A DNA stretch of 61,249 bases from an uncultured bacterium. GTDB lineage: Bacteria; Bdellovibrionota_B; Oligoflexia; Oligoflexales; CACXFL01. The position numbers and the translations under genes are program-made. A model generated the notes under the pieces. That model saw only the letters and a list, made by a program, of their open reading frames with translations, made no database searches and was not told the DNA's origin. The DNA is taken from the NCBI GenBank assembly GCA_902766925.1, contig CACXFL010000017.1, forward strand, positions 1 to 61,249, written 5' to 3'. Of this stretch, positions 57,917-61,249 are shown piece by piece (the stretch's first letter is position 1; the number at the start of each line of letters is the position of its first letter).

Positions 57917-59017
57917 ATGAAACATAATGAAAGAGTAAAAAGAATATATTCATCTTCGGTAATACCTATAGAGTTATCTGATTTTCATTTTCAAGCAAGA
58001 TCTAGACATTTTAGTAATCTAGATAAAATAGATCTAAATAAATTATCTCAATCATTATATCTTAGATTTATAAACAGTCTTGAGTATCAAAGATTAGATG
58101 GGAGTGAATCTGAAAGTATTACAGTAAATAATATAAGCTTTCAGTCAAAGTTTTTTTCTGAAAGAAAAAATATAAGAAAATTTATTGAAATGATATCTAA
58201 ATATCATTCTGTAATGTATACAGTATATAGTCAGGATAGTTTTTGGGATCAAAACTTTTTTAATTTAAGATATCTTAAAGAAATTTTAAAGAATGTAAAT
58301 TCATCTTTAGAAGAACAGGAAGAAGAATCTATAGTATCAACTCCTAGATTTTTTAACTCAAAAACTTTAATTAGGTTACAAAATACTTTAATTAGTAATC
58401 ATACTTCAGATGAAAAGATAAAAAGAAAAACTGAAAGAAGAGAGATTGTAAAAAATATTTATCCACTTGTAGATAATATGTATCAAAAGATGATAAGTTC
58501 TTTGTCTACTCATCAAGAGGTAGTTTTTCAACAAAAAGGCTTTTCTACTCTATCATTACTTGAAGAAAATAAAAAAGTATTTATGAAAGATGTATCTTTA
58601 TTTAAAAGGTATAAAAAAGATCTTTCTTGTGATGATGGATGGGGGGTATTTAGTTTTGTAACTTCAGGAAAGAAGCGTCAGGTTGTATGTCATGAATATA
58701 TGATGATGGAAGATTATCTTGATTATGACTTTAATAAAAATATTTTAGAATCTGTAAATGAATGTTTAGATGGAATAGGAAAACAAGTAACAGATTTAAA
58801 AAATCTTGTACTTGTATGTCCAGATTGGGATATAGCATCTCATATACTTAAACCTTTTTTTGATTATGGTATAGATTACACAAAGGTATCTATGGATGAT
58901 ATGATAGTTGGATGGAATCCAACTATCTCAACACTTAATTTTCTATATACACAAGGAGTCTCGGTTCTTATAAAATTTGATTCATTTCCTTATTATGAGA
59001 TTTATCTTATAGAATAA
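57917..59017 (+). CDS. Hypothetical protein
   Basis: 366-codon ORF, same strand and tightly spaced with its neighbours. No domain recognised. Confidence 0.55.
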   Translation: MKHNERVKRIYSSSVIPIELSDFHFQARSRHFSNLDKIDLNKLSQSLYLRFINSLEYQRLDGSESESITVNNISFQSKFFSERKNIRKFIEMISKYHSVMYTVYSQDSFWDQNFFNLRYLKEILKNVNSSLEEQEEESIVSTPRFFNSKTLIRLQNTLISNHTSDEKIKRKTERREIVKNIYPLVDNMYQKMISSLSTHQEVVFQQKGFSTLSLLEENKKVFMKDVSLFKRYKKDLSCDDGWGVFSFVTSGKKRQVVCHEYMMMEDYLDYDFNKNILESVNECLDGIGKQVTDLKNLVLVCPDWDIASHILKPFFDYGIDYTKVSMDDMIVGWNPTISTLNFLYTQGVSVLIKFDSFPYYEIYLIE

Positions 59018-59079
59018 TCTAGTTTTTAGATTGGGTATTGTTAGTTGTAAGAGCTAGTAAGAATAAAAGTTGGTGAGTT

Positions 59080-61149
59080 ATGAACGAAGAAAATAAGAAA
59101 GATGAAAAAATTATATTCTATGAATTAAATTTTGAAGGATCTTGTTTTGAATCTAGATGGGAAGAAGAATTTAATAAATTAGATGAATTTATAGATTCTT
59201 CTTTAAAGGAATCTTTGGATGATGATATATATAATAAGGTGGTATCTGGGTACTATGAGAAGCATGAGACATCTTCTCGACCAGAGAATGATAAAGCTCA
59301 CTATCATAGGTTGAAAAGTCTTTCTTCTAAATTATTTAAAAGATCAAGTAGTAAAACTAGACAAATAGAAAATGAGTTTAAAGGACTAGATTATTCAAAA
59401 ACAGTGATATTTGTTCAGAATAAAAGTATTTCTGAGTTTGATAGTCAGACAAGAGCTGATGAGATTAGAACTTCTTTTAGAAAAGAAGAGTTTTTAAAGT
59501 TTTTACGTTTAGAACATATGATATCAAAACTATCTATATCTTCAGGGATAAGATGGGTATATGTTTTGAACGCCAATTGTATTGGTCCTTTTTTTAGTTT
59601 TGTTTTAGGATGTGATAAGATTCTATCTTTTGATACTACCGTTAAAGTTGGTTTTGAAGCAAAAGAAGGGGGATATCTTCCTCCATCAGGAGGAAGAGTT
59701 GATAAAGAAGTTTTGATTCAAAATATAGTAGAAAACTATCAACCAGTATTTACCAGCTATTTTGCGTATAAGAAACATATTTTTGATTACTGTGGTAAGT
59801 ATGCAGATTGGCGTAATAATGTAGAAGCTTTTATAGATACTGATATTTTGACATCTAAACCTAATATTATGATAAATGTGAAAGAGATAGAATCTATAAA
59901 AAGAAATACTGATAGAAAGTTTTTAAAGTTTTGTGGACTTTATGGGATTCCAAATATTTTTGATAAAGAACAGGTATCTTCCTATTCTTTTTATAATGAA
60001 CATATAAGAAATAAATTTAAATCTATGTCTCCAGTTATGAGGTTGGCTATATCTGCTTATCTTAATGCAAGACAAATGTATTCATTTGGATATAGTTCTT
60101 TTTTAGATGAAAAGATTGGATTTTCTAATTACAGTATAGAAAATGAAAATATGTATCAAAAAGAAAGAGCTTTAAAAGAAAATTCAACTCTAAATAAGAA
60201 AGTATACATAGATTTAGATCAGATTCTTCCTCCTCTGGAACCTATGTTAAATCTTATAAAGAGCGGGTATTCGTTGGTATTTTTTTCTTCTTCTTCTTCT
60301 ACACTTGTTAGTTTGATGGATTTATTCTTTTTAAGACTTACAAATCAAGAACTAGATTTAGATGTTGAAAAAAGTGTAGTGTTATCTCGTTTATTTTGGT
60401 TTGTAGGAAGATTAAGATATAAAGATGGTTTTATTTTAAAATGGATATCAAATGAAGAGGTAGTTTTATCATATAAAGATCAACAACAATATGTATTTAA
60501 TACTCTTTATAAAAAGGATTCAGTATACCTACCTAATTGGTGTGAGTTTGAAGTAGATTCTGTAGAACATCCTGAACAGTGTTTGGATCAATCCATTAAT
60601 GAATTAATTACCACTATGATTAAACCTCCTATATTTGCAAAGACTGTAAATAGGTTAAGTTTATCTGTATTTATTAAATCATGGTTTTTAGAAAAATTAA
60701 TTAAATACTCTGTTAAAGCAGAACTAGATATTATGGATTTACTGAGTATTTTGGAAGAGTTTGGATGGGGGGTAGTTTCTTCTGATATATGTTGGGATAA
60801 ATTTATGATCTCTAGACAAGAAAGAATTATGGCAACTGGTATTGATGTATATAAAGATAAGATTGCCATCGGAGATGAAGAACTAGATAGAGAAATTTTA
60901 GCTATGAACGTATGGAAAGAAGTATATATCTACTCTCCTAAAGTAAGTAGAAAACAGAAGTTATCTAGAGTAGATATAAATATATATTTTGTAAATCTTG
61001 CTAGATATATGAAAAATCTTATTTATAAAAATGGATATGTTGCTTCCTCATATCTAGCAGGACAACTTGTAAGAGAATGTCTAGGAATAGATGAAAGTAG
61101 TAGATACTATTTGAAAAAATCTGGTATGTATCTAACGAAACTTGTATAA
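59080..61149 (+). CDS. Divergent FadB/FadJ-like protein (crotonase-like N-terminal domain, degenerate dehydrogenase region)
   Basis: VLNANCIGPFFSFVLGCDKILSF...VGFEAKEGGYLPPSGG parallels FadB [23 protein letters not shown]...IGLPETKLGIMPGFGG. EEFGWGV parallels FadB QFGWPMG. Where FadB has GAGIMGGG, this protein has FFSSSSST. Confidence 0.45.
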   Translation: MNEENKKDEKIIFYELNFEGSCFESRWEEEFNKLDEFIDSSLKESLDDDIYNKVVSGYYEKHETSSRPENDKAHYHRLKSLSSKLFKRSSSKTRQIENEFKGLDYSKTVIFVQNKSISEFDSQTRADEIRTSFRKEEFLKFLRLEHMISKLSISSGIRWVYVLNANCIGPFFSFVLGCDKILSFDTTVKVGFEAKEGGYLPPSGGRVDKEVLIQNIVENYQPVFTSYFAYKKHIFDYCGKYADWRNNVEAFIDTDILTSKPNIMINVKEIESIKRNTDRKFLKFCGLYGIPNIFDKEQVSSYSFYNEHIRNKFKSMSPVMRLAISAYLNARQMYSFGYSSFLDEKIGFSNYSIENENMYQKERALKENSTLNKKVYIDLDQILPPLEPMLNLIKSGYSLVFFSSSSSTLVSLMDLFFLRLTNQELDLDVEKSVVLSRLFWFVGRLRYKDGFILKWISNEEVVLSYKDQQQYVFNTLYKKDSVYLPNWCEFEVDSVEHPEQCLDQSINELITTMIKPPIFAKTVNRLSLSVFIKSWFLEKLIKYSVKAELDIMDLLSILEEFGWGVVSSDICWDKFMISRQERIMATGIDVYKDKIAIGDEELDREILAMNVWKEVYIYSPKVSRKQKLSRVDINIYFVNLARYMKNLIYKNGYVASSYLAGQLVRECLGIDESSRYYLKKSGMYLTKLV

Positions 61150-61249
61150 ATTTATCAAATTTATAAGTAAGATATCTTGTATTTTTATATGAATTTTTGT
61201 TTTTATACCAAAAAATAATTGTAAACTAAATAATATATAGATCGAAAAC

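Overview
This is a 61.2-kb, strongly AT-rich bacterial chromosomal segment. Hand counts give 13% G+C in the first 60 nt of non-coding DNA; coding regions look to be around 30%. The cell-envelope genes indicate a diderm: Pal, OmpA-like proteins, porin-like and other beta-barrel proteins, many lipoproteins, a type IV prepilin peptidase and two pilin-like genes. An RNase Y-YmdB operon is also present. This content would fit a Bdellovibrionota/Oligoflexia-like lineage, but that is only a guess.

I call about 56 protein genes, one tRNA-Ile(GAU), a set of clear intrinsic terminators and a few candidate regulatory palindromes. Recognisable housekeeping genes are pilD, hsp20, PIN-PhoH, truA, asd, pssA, tsaB, dut, a Pit/DUF47 pair, a CDF transporter, secA, nifU-like, pal, rny, ymdB, dapA, dapB and an M3 peptidase.

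I see no CRISPR array, no integrase or transposase, no intact mobile element and no canonical defence operon. Most of the window looks like core genome interspersed with lineage-specific secreted and lipoprotein genes.

The most interesting leads are:
- An unassigned G+C-rich, helix-dense RNA-like island at 92-360, next to a 5'-truncated DUF4143 ATPase gene. It may be a group II intron fragment.
- An Rpn-family PD-(D/E)xK nuclease gene with a 21-bp tandem coding repeat and an internal SD+ATG that could give an RpnS-like intragenic antitoxin.
- A 37-bp perfect palindrome in the divergent promoter of a DUF4438-like/XRE-H1-tail gene pair.
- Two proteins with histone-H1-like Lys/Ser tails.
- A trio of paralogous CFPY-motif lipoproteins, inverted around the PIN-PhoH gene.
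- A TetR-adjacent operon ending in a FadB-like protein that appears to have lost its NAD-binding glycine loop.
- A terminator hairpin in the leader of a porin gene.

All functional calls come from motif recognition by eye. No database search was possible.
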